A stretch of DNA of 27,953 bases from Myxococcales bacterium (GTDB taxonomy: Bacteria; Myxococcota; Myxococcia; Myxococcales; Anaeromyxobacteraceae). Made by a program: the position numbers and the translations under genes. Under the pieces are notes generated by a model. That model made no database searches. It saw only the letters and a program-made list of their open reading frames with translations, and had not been told where the DNA came from. The stretch covers positions 1 through 27,953 of the forward strand of contig JBBQEB010000033.1 in the NCBI GenBank assembly GCA_038320275.1. Reading direction: 5' to 3'. Below, one piece after another: positions 1 to 7,704 of the stretch (within the stretch, counting starts at the first letter, position 1; the number at the start of each line of letters is the position of its first letter).

Positions 1-868
1 CCAGCGACGAGCTCGTCTCCTCCAGCGCGCTCGCCCCCTCCGACGCCCCAGTCGCCACCGCCTGCGACGACGACGCGATCTCCCCCGCCGCCCCGGACAC
101 CTCCGACGTCGTCGCCGCAACCTGCGTCAGCGCCCCCTGCAGCGACTCCGCAGTCGCGTTCAGGGAGGCCTTGATCCGCGCGTAGTCACCCGGGTACTCC
201 CCCTCCATCCGCGCCGTCAGGTCGCGCCGCGAGAGCGCCTCGAGCGCGCGCGTCGCCTCCTCCACTGGGCGCCCGACCGCCTCCAGGATCCGGTTGAGGG
301 CGGCGATGGTCTCGCCGTTGTAGCCCTTGTAAGCGCTCGCGTCGGCGCGGACGTCGAGCTTGCCCTCGGCCGCGGCGGCCATCAGCCGCTTCATGTCGGC
401 GGTGCGGCGGCCGGTGACCTCGATGAGCCCGTTCCAGTCGCGCTTCACCCGGTCGAAGTCGCCGTGAAAAATCTGGGTGACGGGGGCCGGCAGCTCCCCG
501 TTGGAGAGCTTCGCCACGCACGCGGAGCTCATGGCGAGCGGGGCGCGATAGCAGTCGATGACCGAGTTCAGCCCCTCGATGAGCGACCGCAGCGCCGGCG
601 CGACCTTGGCCGGATCCGCCCGCGTCCCCATCTCCCCCCTTTCCACCGCGGCGACGACGCGCTTCGCCTCGGCCTCGAACGTGGCCACGCTCCGGTGGGC
701 CGCGCCTCCCACGACGGCCGACAGCGCCGCGATGGCCACCAGGCCTGCCACCGCGGAGAGGGTCGCGAGCCAAGGGGCCGAGAGCCACGAGCCCCCTGCC
801 GCCGCAAGGACGAAGATCGCAGCTACGGCGAAGGAGGCGTGAACCTTGTGCGCGGTCGTATCGAGCAT
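1..868 (-). CDS. Methyl-accepting chemotaxis protein, poly-HAMP type (3' end runs off window)
   Basis: Not in ORF track; translated by hand from ATG at 868: MLDTTAHKVHASFAVAAIFVLAAAGGSWLSAPWLATLSAVAGLVAIAALSAVVGG (two adjacent hydrophobic helices), HAMP-like units (e.g. RDLTARMEGEYPGDYARIKASLN), then MCP methylation helix EIASSSQAVATGASEGASALEETSSSL; directly downstream of cheW. Confidence 0.9.
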   Translation of the reverse strand, partial: MLDTTAHKVHASFAVAAIFVLAAAGGSWLSAPWLATLSAVAGLVAIAALSAVVGGAAHRSVATFEAEAKRVVAAVERGEMGTRADPAKVAPALRSLIEGLNSVIDCYRAPLAMSSACVAKLSNGELPAPVTQIFHGDFDRVKRDWNGLIEVTGRRTADMKRLMAAAAEGKLDVRADASAYKGYNGETIAALNRILEAVGRPVEEATRALEALSRRDLTARMEGEYPGDYARIKASLNATAESLQGALTQVAATTSEVSGAAGEIASSSQAVATGASEGASALEETSSSL

Positions 869-934
869 GGAGTGCAAGCTCCGGGACCGCCCGTGGGGCG
901 GCGCGGGTAGGAACGGCGAAAGGTGGAGCGCGAA

Positions 935-1450
935 TCAGGCGCTGGCGGAGGCATCGCCCCCGAGCACCTTGCCGATGTCGAGCAGGAAGACGACGCGGTC
1001 TCCTGCTTTCCCGACGCCGAGGACGAACTGCGCCTCGCTGGCGGCCTCGCCGAGCGAGGGCGGCGGCTCGATCTGGCCGGGCTCGATCTGCAGCACTTCC
1101 AGCACCTGGTCGACGAGGATGCCCATGGTCAGGCTGCGGCCGCCGACCGCGTACTGCACCACGATGATGACGGTCTGCTCGGTGGCCTGGCAGGGGTCCA
1201 TGCCGAACTTGAGGCGGAGATCGGCGACCGGGATCACCTTGCCGCGCAGGTTGATGACGCCCCGCACGAAGTCGGCCGCCTTGGGCACGCGGGTGATGTC
1301 CATGAGCCCGATGATCTCCCGCACCTTCAGGATCTCGAGGCCGTAGATCTCCTCGGCGAGCTGGAAGGTCATGTACTTGCCGGCAAGCTGCGCGGCGAGA
1401 TCGTTGGCGGCGGTATTGACGGTGGTGTCCTTCGCGACTGCCGTGCTCAT
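935..1450 (-). CDS. cheW: Chemotaxis coupling protein CheW
   Basis: KYMTFQLAEEIYGLEILKVREII...ITRVPKAADFVRGVINLRGKVIPVADLR; ATGA overlap with cheA stop. Confidence 0.96.
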   Translation of the reverse strand: MSTAVAKDTTVNTAANDLAAQLAGKYMTFQLAEEIYGLEILKVREIIGLMDITRVPKAADFVRGVINLRGKVIPVADLRLKFGMDPCQATEQTVIIVVQYAVGGRSLTMGILVDQVLEVLQIEPGQIEPPPSLGEAASEAQFVLGVGKAGDRVVFLLDIGKVLGGDASASA

Positions 1451-4074
1451 GCGCGAGCTCCTTCGTTGTGAGGTGGGGCTGCTTCGGGGGGGGAGGACTG
1501 AGCGACACGCTCACGGAGGTACTCGCGCGAGCGGTGCACCAGGCCGGCGATCTCCTCCACGTTCAGGATGAGCCCGACTCGGCCATCGGAGAGGATGGCT
1601 GCGCCGGAGATGAACTGGGTCCGCCCGAGCCCTTCGCCAAGGCTCTTGATCACCACCTGCTGCTGGGTGACCACCTCGTCGACGAGCAGGCCGATGCGTC
1701 GTCCGACCCCTTCGACGACCACCACCAGCGCCTCCGTGGGATCGGCCTTCGCGCCGGAGAGGCCGAAGAGACGGTCGAGCCGGAGGAGCGGGAGGATCTC
1801 ACCCCGCAGGTTGATCATCTCGTTCGTCTTCCCCAGCGAGACCAGCATCTTCCGCTCGGGCTGGATGGACTCGACGATGGACAGCGTGGGGATGATGTAG
1901 CGCTCGTTGCCGCAGGCCACGAGCATGCCGTCGATGATGGCGAGGGTGAGCGGGAGCACCAGCTTGAAGGTGGTCCCCTTCCCCAGCGTGGAGGCGATGA
2001 CCACGCGCCCGCGCATCGCCTCGATGTTCCGCTTCACGACGTCCATGCCGACGCCGCGTCCCGAGATCTCGGTCACCTTGGCCGCGGTGGAGAAGCCGGG
2101 GGCGAAGATGAGGCTGTTGATCTCGGCCTCGCTCATGCCATCGGCCGAAGGGATGAGCCCGCGCTCGACGGCCTTCTTCACGATGGCGGCCTGGTCGAGG
2201 CCACGCCCGTCGTCGGCGATCTCGATCACCACGCTGCCGCCCTCGTGGTAGGCGCTGAGCTTGATGATGCCGACCGGGCTCTTCCCGGCCTTCTCGCGGA
2301 CGTCGGAGGGCTCGAGGCCGTGATCGCAGGAGTTGCGGATCATGTGGACGAGCGGGTCGGCGATCTGCTCGACCATGCTGCGGTCCATCTCGGTGGACTC
2401 CCCCGAGGTGACGAGCCGCACCTGCTTGCCACTCTTGCGCGAGAGGTCCCGCACCAGCCGGGCCATCTTCTGAAAGACGCCCGCCACCGGCACCATGCGC
2501 ATCCGCATCCCGACGTCCTGGAGATCGCGGGTCACCTTGGCGAGCTGCCCCAGGCAGTTGCGCACCTGCACCGAGGAGGCCTGCGAGATCTCGGGCGCGT
2601 TCACCACCATCGACTCGACCACCACCAGCTCGCCGATCATCTCGACCAGGCTGTCCACCCGCTCCAGGTCCACCTTGATGGTGTCCTTCAGCTTGACCGG
2701 GCCGGCCTCCTCCGCCGGCTTGGGAGCGGCCGTCGAGGTCAGGGTCGCGGTCGAGGTCGAGGTCGCGTTCGAGGCCGCGTTCGAGGTTGCGTTCGGGCTC
2801 GAGGTCGAGATCGCGTTCACGTTCGCGGTCGCGATCGCTTCCGGGTTCGAGGTCGGGCTCGCGATCGGGGTCTCCTCCGTCGCCCGCCCCTCCGTCGCCT
2901 CCTCGATCCGATGCACCAGACCCGCGAGCCCCTCCCGCCTGGGGAAGGCCGTGCCCGCCTCGATGGCGACCCGCACCGTCTCCAGCATCTCGCGAAGGCC
3001 GGTGGTCGCGTCGAAGACGAGGTCGATGACCGGGCCCGCGAGCTCGAGCTCGTTCTCGCGGCACTTGTTGAGCATCGTCTCGGTGTGGTGGGCCAGCGAG
3101 ACGACCTCGTCGAGGTCGAGGAAGCCGGCGGTGCCCTTCACCGTGTGGAAGACGCGGAAGAGGCCGTTCACGGTGTCGGGGGTGACGCCCTCCGACTCCA
3201 CCGTCATGAGCGCCTGGTCCACCCGGTTCAGCCCCTCCGCGCTCTCGGAGAGGAACTCGCCGAAGAGGCTCACCGTCTCTGCGTCGCGCTCCACCTTGGA
3301 GGTGGCGGGGGCGGCCGCCGGCGCGCGGGAGGGATCGGGATGCGGCGGGGCGGCGGCCGCTGCGGCGTCGACCGCGCGCTCGGGGGACGAGGAGGGCGCG
3401 AGCACCTCGGCGACCAGCGCAGCCGCGCGCTGCTCAGGCTTGCGCAGCCGGGCGTAGCTCTCGCCCGCCCGCGCCATCCAGTCCCGCACCTTGAGGAGGC
3501 GGTCGGTGGTGTCGGCGGACATCCCACGCGCCTCCACGAAGTCCTCGGTGGCGTGGCAGACCGCCTCGAGGTCCTCGAGGCCCAGCACGCCAGCCTCGCC
3601 CTTCATGGTGTGCAGCCGCCGCTTGAAGGCCGCGCGCGGCTCGGCGGCGCCCTGCTCCATGCCGAGGATGCCTTCCTCCAGCTCCTCGAGCCCGCTCTTC
3701 AGCGCGGCCAGGAAGTCGCGCAGCGTCTTCTCGTCGCCCCACTCCGGCAGCACCAGCGCGCCGGGGTCGGCGGCCAATATCGGCGCCTCTGCCGGGGCTG
3801 CGGGCGCGCGCGACATCGCCTCCTGCATGGAGGCGATGGCCTCGCTGGCGGCGTCGAGCGCCCCCGCGAGCTTCGCCTCGTCGTGGAGGACGGCGCGGAT
3901 GGCGCCGGCCGCACCGCAGGCAGGCGTGGCGGCGGGATGACCGGTGGCGCCCAGCTCCTCCAGCAGCGCCACCAAGCTCCCCACCGCCGCGCCGTCGGAG
4001 GCGTCCGCTGCCATGACGGCAGACGCGAGCTTCTCGAGGAGCGCCGCCGCGCGATCCGGCCCCGCCACCGTCAC
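1447..4074 (-). CDS. cheA: Chemotaxis histidine kinase CheA with two Hpt domains
   Basis: Hpt motifs LHTMKGEAG and FHTVKGTAG; dimerisation region TIKVDLERVDSLVEMIGELVV; HATPase HMIRNSCDHG, DDGRG, IFAPGFSTA, SGRGVGMDVV; C-terminal CheW domain. Start placed at GTG 4074 (GTGA overlap with upstream regulator stop), not 4464. Confidence 0.95.
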   Translation of the reverse strand: MTVAGPDRAAALLEKLASAVMAADASDGAAVGSLVALLEELGATGHPAATPACGAAGAIRAVLHDEAKLAGALDAASEAIASMQEAMSRAPAAPAEAPILAADPGALVLPEWGDEKTLRDFLAALKSGLEELEEGILGMEQGAAEPRAAFKRRLHTMKGEAGVLGLEDLEAVCHATEDFVEARGMSADTTDRLLKVRDWMARAGESYARLRKPEQRAAALVAEVLAPSSSPERAVDAAAAAAPPHPDPSRAPAAAPATSKVERDAETVSLFGEFLSESAEGLNRVDQALMTVESEGVTPDTVNGLFRVFHTVKGTAGFLDLDEVVSLAHHTETMLNKCRENELELAGPVIDLVFDATTGLREMLETVRVAIEAGTAFPRREGLAGLVHRIEEATEGRATEETPIASPTSNPEAIATANVNAISTSSPNATSNAASNATSTSTATLTSTAAPKPAEEAGPVKLKDTIKVDLERVDSLVEMIGELVVVESMVVNAPEISQASSVQVRNCLGQLAKVTRDLQDVGMRMRMVPVAGVFQKMARLVRDLSRKSGKQVRLVTSGESTEMDRSMVEQIADPLVHMIRNSCDHGLEPSDVREKAGKSPVGIIKLSAYHEGGSVVIEIADDGRGLDQAAIVKKAVERGLIPSADGMSEAEINSLIFAPGFSTAAKVTEISGRGVGMDVVKRNIEAMRGRVVIASTLGKGTTFKLVLPLTLAIIDGMLVACGNERYIIPTLSIVESIQPERKMLVSLGKTNEMINLRGEILPLLRLDRLFGLSGAKADPTEALVVVVEGVGRRIGLLVDEVVTQQQVVIKSLGEGLGRTQFISGAAILSDGRVGLILNVEEIAGLVHRSREYLRERVAQSSPPEAAPPHNEGARA
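2731..2872 (-). repeat. Degenerate hexamer/12-mer tandem repeat (TCGACC family) encoding the T/S/N/A-rich CheA linker
   Basis: + strand gtcgaggtcagggtcgcggtcgaggtcgaggtcgcgttcgaggccgcgttcgaggttgcgttcggg...; encodes PIASPTSNPEAIATANVNAISTSSPNATSNAASNATSTSTATLTST. Confidence 0.75.
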
Positions 4075-4430
4075 GGCAGCACGCCCGCGAGCGCCGCCTT
4101 CACCGCGTCCGGGGTGAAGGGCTTCTGGAGGACGAAGAGCGCGCCCGCCTGGAGCGCCTGGTCGCGGAGGCCGGGGTGCGACTCCGAAGTCACCATGCCC
4201 ACCTTCACCAGCCGGCCCTCGGCACGGAGCGCCTGGAGGAGCTCGAAGCCGGAGCAGGTGGGCATGTTCCAGTCGGTGAGGATGAGGTCGGGGGTCGCGG
4301 CCCGCACCGCCTCCAGCGCCTCGGCGCCGTTCGACGCCTCGCGAAAGCTCGCGTCCGCATACGTGGCCTTCACCGCGCGCATCACGATGCCGCGCATGGC
4401 CCTGCTGTCGTCCACCACCAGGATCTCCAT
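4071..4430 (-). CDS. cheY: CheY-like single-domain response regulator
   Basis: MEILVVDDS...DLILTDWNMP...MVTSE...QKPFTP; GGAGG RBS upstream of ATG 4430; immediately upstream of cheA. Confidence 0.85.
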   Translation of the reverse strand: MEILVVDDSRAMRGIVMRAVKATYADASFREASNGAEALEAVRAATPDLILTDWNMPTCSGFELLQALRAEGRLVKVGMVTSESHPGLRDQALQAGALFVLQKPFTPDAVKAALAGVLP

Positions 4431-4722
4431 CGAGCGTTCTCCTCCGGCCCGAAGCTCGGTGCACCTGACGTGCCCGAGGCGGGTGGTCGCGCCTTTCCCG
4501 TCAGGCCCGCGCATCGGGTTCTGGATCTCGAGCGCGTGGCGCCCGGATGCAAAGGACCTCGGTCGAGTCCGCGACGTGGTTCGCAGAAGGGGTCACGGGA
4601 AGCCCCGGGTCACGACGAACACCCCCAGCTCGACCCAGGGACCGTGAACGATGGAAGCGTTCCTCCGCACGGATCTTCCGCAAACTCGCCCCTTCGTCGA
4701 TGCACCGCGGCGCCCAGGGTCG

Positions 4723-4737
4723 GGCGTGTGCCTTGCA
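4723..4737 (+). promoter_or_regulatory. Putative sigma54 (-24/-12) promoter for the cheX operon
   Basis: GGCGTGTGCCTTGCA = GG-N10-GC with TTGCA, ending ~43 bp upstream of cheX ATG. Confidence 0.6.
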
Positions 4738-4779
4738 ACGGACCCCGGTGAGCTCCCGAACCGTGGAGCACGAGACCAC

Positions 4780-5232
4780 ATGACCGCACTTCCTCCTCCA
4801 GAAAAGATGGCATCGCTCGTGTCGGGCGTGACGCAGACCATGCTGGGTCTGACCTTCGAGCCGGACCCGAATGCCGAGCTGCCCAATCAGGAGCTCGCCT
4901 GGAGAACGGCGGTGCTCCCCATCCCCGGAGCGCGCCCGCTGACGGTGGGGCTCTCCAGCAACCAGAACGGCTGTTCGCACCTCTCGGCGGCGATGTTCGC
5001 GGTGCCGCGCGAGGAGGTGGACCAAGGGATGATGAACGACTCGCTCTGCGAGCTCGTCAACATGACGGCGGGGCTCCTGAAGAGCGTCATGTCGCTCGAC
5101 CAGGCGCTCGGGCTGCCCACCATCCTGCCCGGGAACGCGGCCCCCGCCGTGCCCCCCTCCAGCCCCCACATGATCGTCCTCAAGGCCGATGCCCTGGGGC
5201 TCGTCCTCTGGATCTACGAAGGCGTCGCCTGA
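4780..5232 (+). CDS. cheX: CheX-family chemotaxis phosphatase
   Basis: DSLCELVNMTAG (E-x-x-N motif) and LGLPTI; ~150 aa; GGAG upstream of ATG 4780. Confidence 0.85.
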   Translation: MTALPPPEKMASLVSGVTQTMLGLTFEPDPNAELPNQELAWRTAVLPIPGARPLTVGLSSNQNGCSHLSAAMFAVPREEVDQGMMNDSLCELVNMTAGLLKSVMSLDQALGLPTILPGNAAPAVPPSSPHMIVLKADALGLVLWIYEGVA

Positions 5233-5250
5233 ACCCGAAGGACCTCCACC

Positions 5251-6417
5251 ATGCCCATCATCCTCACCGTCGATGATTCCCGCGCGGTCCGTACCATCGT
5301 CTCGAAGCAGGTGAAGGATCTCGGCTTCGAGGTGGCCGAGGCCGAGGACGGGGTGCTCGGCCTCGAGAAGCTGGCCGAGTGCGTGTACGACCTCGTGATC
5401 CTCGACGTCACCATGCCCAACATGGACGGGCCCACCATGCTCGGGAAGATGCGGGACGGCGGCAACACGACTCCCGTCATCATGCTGACCTCCGAGTCGA
5501 AGCGGTCCATCATCGCCGGCGCGATGAAATCCGGCATCACGGATTACATCCTCAAGCCCTTCAAGCCGGAGGAGCTGCGGGCCAAGATCCTCTCCGTGCT
5601 GCAGGGCGGCGGCGGCGCCGACGAGGTGGTGGCGAGCTCGTCTCCCGGAGGCGCCCCAGGGGCCGGGATGGTCGACTCGACGCCGGCGCCCCGCGACAAC
5701 GGGGCGAAGGGGTTCATGGACGTCATGGTCGTGGACGACATGGAGAACGTGCACAAGCGGCTGCGCGGCATGCTCCCCGCCCACCTCTCCATGAGCGGCT
5801 TCACGAGCGCTCAGTCGGCGCTCGCGAGCGCCCGCGAGAAGGTCTATCGGGTGGTGCTCGTCGATACCGAGATCCCCGACGTGAACAGCGCCGTGCTGGC
5901 CCAGCAGATCAAGGTGCTCCAGCCTCACGCCGCCTTCGTCGCCCTGGCGCTCCGGGCGAGCACGGGGGATCAGGCCAAGGAGCTGCGGGACCAGGGCTTC
6001 TCCGACGTCCTCTACAAGCCCTTCTCGCAGGACCACGTGGAAGACTTCCTGGGCCAGTACTTCGACAACCAGGATTTCCTCACCAGCGAGGACAACCTTC
6101 TCAAGGTGTCGGCGTTCACGGGCAAGCCGGAGCGGCTCGACCGCTACTTCGGGCGGCTCGTCTCGCTCTTCCCGGCGGTGCTCAACAAGGTCGCGAGCGC
6201 CTGCTACGAGGAGGTCATCGTCGACCTCGGCAGCATCCCGACGCAGGGCGACCGCCTCCCCAAGCTCCTCGTCACCGTGGCGGGCCAGGCGAAGGACGTG
6301 GGGATGAACGTCGCCGTGGTCGGAAGCCCCGACATCCAGAAGCTGCTCGCCTCGTTCGAGGAGACGAAGGCGCTCAAGTACTTCACCTCCGTGAACGACG
6401 CCCGCGCGGCTGGCTAG
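5251..6417 (+). CDS. Response regulator with two receiver domains and a C-terminal STAS-like domain
   Basis: REC1 ILTVDDS..LVILDVTMP..MLTSE..KPF; REC2 VMVVDDM..VVLVDTEIP..YKPF; C-terminus EVIVDLGSIP..VAVVG..LKYFTSVNDARAA resembles STAS. Confidence 0.8.
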   Translation: MPIILTVDDSRAVRTIVSKQVKDLGFEVAEAEDGVLGLEKLAECVYDLVILDVTMPNMDGPTMLGKMRDGGNTTPVIMLTSESKRSIIAGAMKSGITDYILKPFKPEELRAKILSVLQGGGGADEVVASSSPGGAPGAGMVDSTPAPRDNGAKGFMDVMVVDDMENVHKRLRGMLPAHLSMSGFTSAQSALASAREKVYRVVLVDTEIPDVNSAVLAQQIKVLQPHAAFVALALRASTGDQAKELRDQGFSDVLYKPFSQDHVEDFLGQYFDNQDFLTSEDNLLKVSAFTGKPERLDRYFGRLVSLFPAVLNKVASACYEEVIVDLGSIPTQGDRLPKLLVTVAGQAKDVGMNVAVVGSPDIQKLLASFEETKALKYFTSVNDARAAG

Positions 6418-6436
6418 GCGAGAGAGGTCCGGCGCC

Positions 6437-7303
6437 ATGTCCGCGGAGAAGCTCTCGAGCGAGCTGAAGTCGATCCTCCTCAAGCGGATCGCGGCGGACC
6501 AGCTCGTGGTCCCCACCATGGCCGCGGTGGTGGGCAAGGCACAGGAGGTGCTCCGGGACGGTGACGCCGGCGCCGCCAAGCGCGGGCCGGAGGTGCTGGA
6601 GAAGGACCCTTTCCTCGCTGCGCGCGCGCTGCGGCTCGCGGCGGGGACGAAGAGCACCGCTTCCAAGAAGGCTACCCTGGGCGACGCTGCGACGAAGCTG
6701 GGCGCGCGCGGGCTGAAGGGACTGTTCATCGAAGCGACGGCGCAGAAGGTCTACGTCTCGCGCGACGCGGAGATCGCCAACGCGCTGCGGCGCATCTGGG
6801 AGCACTCCGTCGCGGTGGGCACGCTCGCGCGGGACGTGCTTGCCCTCTCCGGGCACGCCGACTCGGAGGCGGCTTACCTCTCCGGGCTCCTGCACGACGT
6901 GGGCAAGACGGTGGTCGCGTCCATCCTGCTCGAGGCGGAGCGCCAGACCACAGAGCTCTACAACCGCGGCTGGATCCCCTGCTCCGAGTGGGTGGATGTC
7001 ATCAACCGAACCCATCGCTCGATCGCGCTCGCGCTGGCCGAGAAGTGGCAGTTGCCGGAGTCGGTGGTGAAGTGCCTGCAGGAGAACCTGGACTACGACA
7101 ACGCCGACCGGGCCTCGGTGGTGAACGCGGTCGTCTTCGCGAACGCCCTGGCCAAGAAGACCGGCGTGTACGTGGGCCCCTTCGACGCGGACGATACCGA
7201 CGCCATCGTCATGATTGGCCGCTCGCTCATCGGCGTGAACGACGAGGTCCTGAAGACCCTGACCAAGGGGCTGAAGGAGCGCGTCGGCGGGCTCTTTGAT
7301 TAG
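6437..7303 (+). CDS. HDOD domain protein
   Basis: VPTMAAVV, KDPFLAARALRLA, WEHSVAVG, AYLSGLLHDVGK, H..IALALAEKWQLPESV. Confidence 0.9.
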   Translation: MSAEKLSSELKSILLKRIAADQLVVPTMAAVVGKAQEVLRDGDAGAAKRGPEVLEKDPFLAARALRLAAGTKSTASKKATLGDAATKLGARGLKGLFIEATAQKVYVSRDAEIANALRRIWEHSVAVGTLARDVLALSGHADSEAAYLSGLLHDVGKTVVASILLEAERQTTELYNRGWIPCSEWVDVINRTHRSIALALAEKWQLPESVVKCLQENLDYDNADRASVVNAVVFANALAKKTGVYVGPFDADDTDAIVMIGRSLIGVNDEVLKTLTKGLKERVGGLFD

Positions 7304-7313
7304 GGTGAAGCGC

Positions 7314-7526
7314 GGGTCGAAGGTCTGAGGTCGAGGCTGGGCCCACGGTCGAACGTCGTGGTCGTGGTCGCAGTCGCAGTCGCAGTCGCGGTCGAGCCCG
7401 CGGTCGAGGGTCGAGGGTCGCGGTCGATCCCGCGGTCGAAGGTCGAGGGTCGCGGTCGCGGTCGAAGGTCGCGGTCGCGGTCGAAGGTCGCGGTCGAAGG
7501 TCGAAGGTCGCGGTCGAGGGTCGCGG
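7314..7526. repeat. Intergenic tandem array of GGTCG(C/AA/AG) 6- and 7-mers
   Basis: e.g. GGTCGAG GGTCGC GGTCGC GGTCGAA GGTCGC GGTCGC GGTCGAA GGTCGC GGTCGAA GGTCGAA; also GTCGTG/GTCGCA units at ~7355-7390. Confidence 0.9.
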
Positions 7527-7589
7527 CCCGCCCCCATCCCCGGTCCAGTTCGGTACCCCCACCTTCACCCACCGTCCACACCGGCCCCT

Positions 7590-7606
7590 GTCACCGGGCC
7601 GTCGCC
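7590..7606 (+). promoter_or_regulatory. Candidate upstream activator site (copy 1)
   Basis: GTCACCGGGCCGTCGCC, 16/17 identical to 20498-20514; begins 88 bp upstream of the fliL sigma54 GG. Confidence 0.4.
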
Positions 7607-7677
7607 CCCGCCTGACGCCACGCCCTTGACGCGGATCTTTCCCGAGCGAGCTCGGGCGGTTGCGCTCCTCACTGCAG

Positions 7678-7692
7678 GGCACGACGCTTGCT
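7678..7692 (+). promoter_or_regulatory. Putative sigma54 promoter for the fliL operon
   Basis: GGCACGACGCTTGCT, close to consensus TGGCACG-N4-TTGCW. Confidence 0.8.
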
Positions 7693-7704
7693 TTTCCCCG
7701 CGCC

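Noticed and set aside
869..905. Sigma54-like GGTCCCGGAGCTTGCA and small hairpins upstream of the MCP (minus strand)
   Set aside because: Spacing is GG-N11-GC rather than the strict N10; hairpins are short with no U-tract; the MCP is probably co-transcribed with cheW
4075..4464. N-terminal extension of the CheA ORF to 4464
   Set aside because: Overlaps the cheY-like gene in another frame; GTG 4074 with GTGA coupling is more plausible
4540..4620. GATGCAAAGG...GGTC resembling part of a c-di-GMP-I riboswitch
   Set aside because: No GGCAAAC..GAAA tetraloop stem upstream and the pairing does not fit; an Infernal search with the c-di-GMP-I model would settle it
1468..4647. 1059-aa plus-strand ORF (also 4501-6729, 10149-13235, 13181-15298, 14449-16458 and 25974-27788 on minus)
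   Set aside because: Antisense shadows of real genes, expected in high-GC DNA; no recognisable motifs
4431..4720. Promoter for the cheY-cheA operon
   Set aside because: No convincing sigma54 or sigma28 match with correct spacing found on the minus strand
7314..7526. Possible CRISPR array, or the small ORFs drawn over this repeat
   Set aside because: Units are 6-7 bp with no unique spacers and no cas genes; the ORFs are simple repeat translations (RPRPST, SRSRS)
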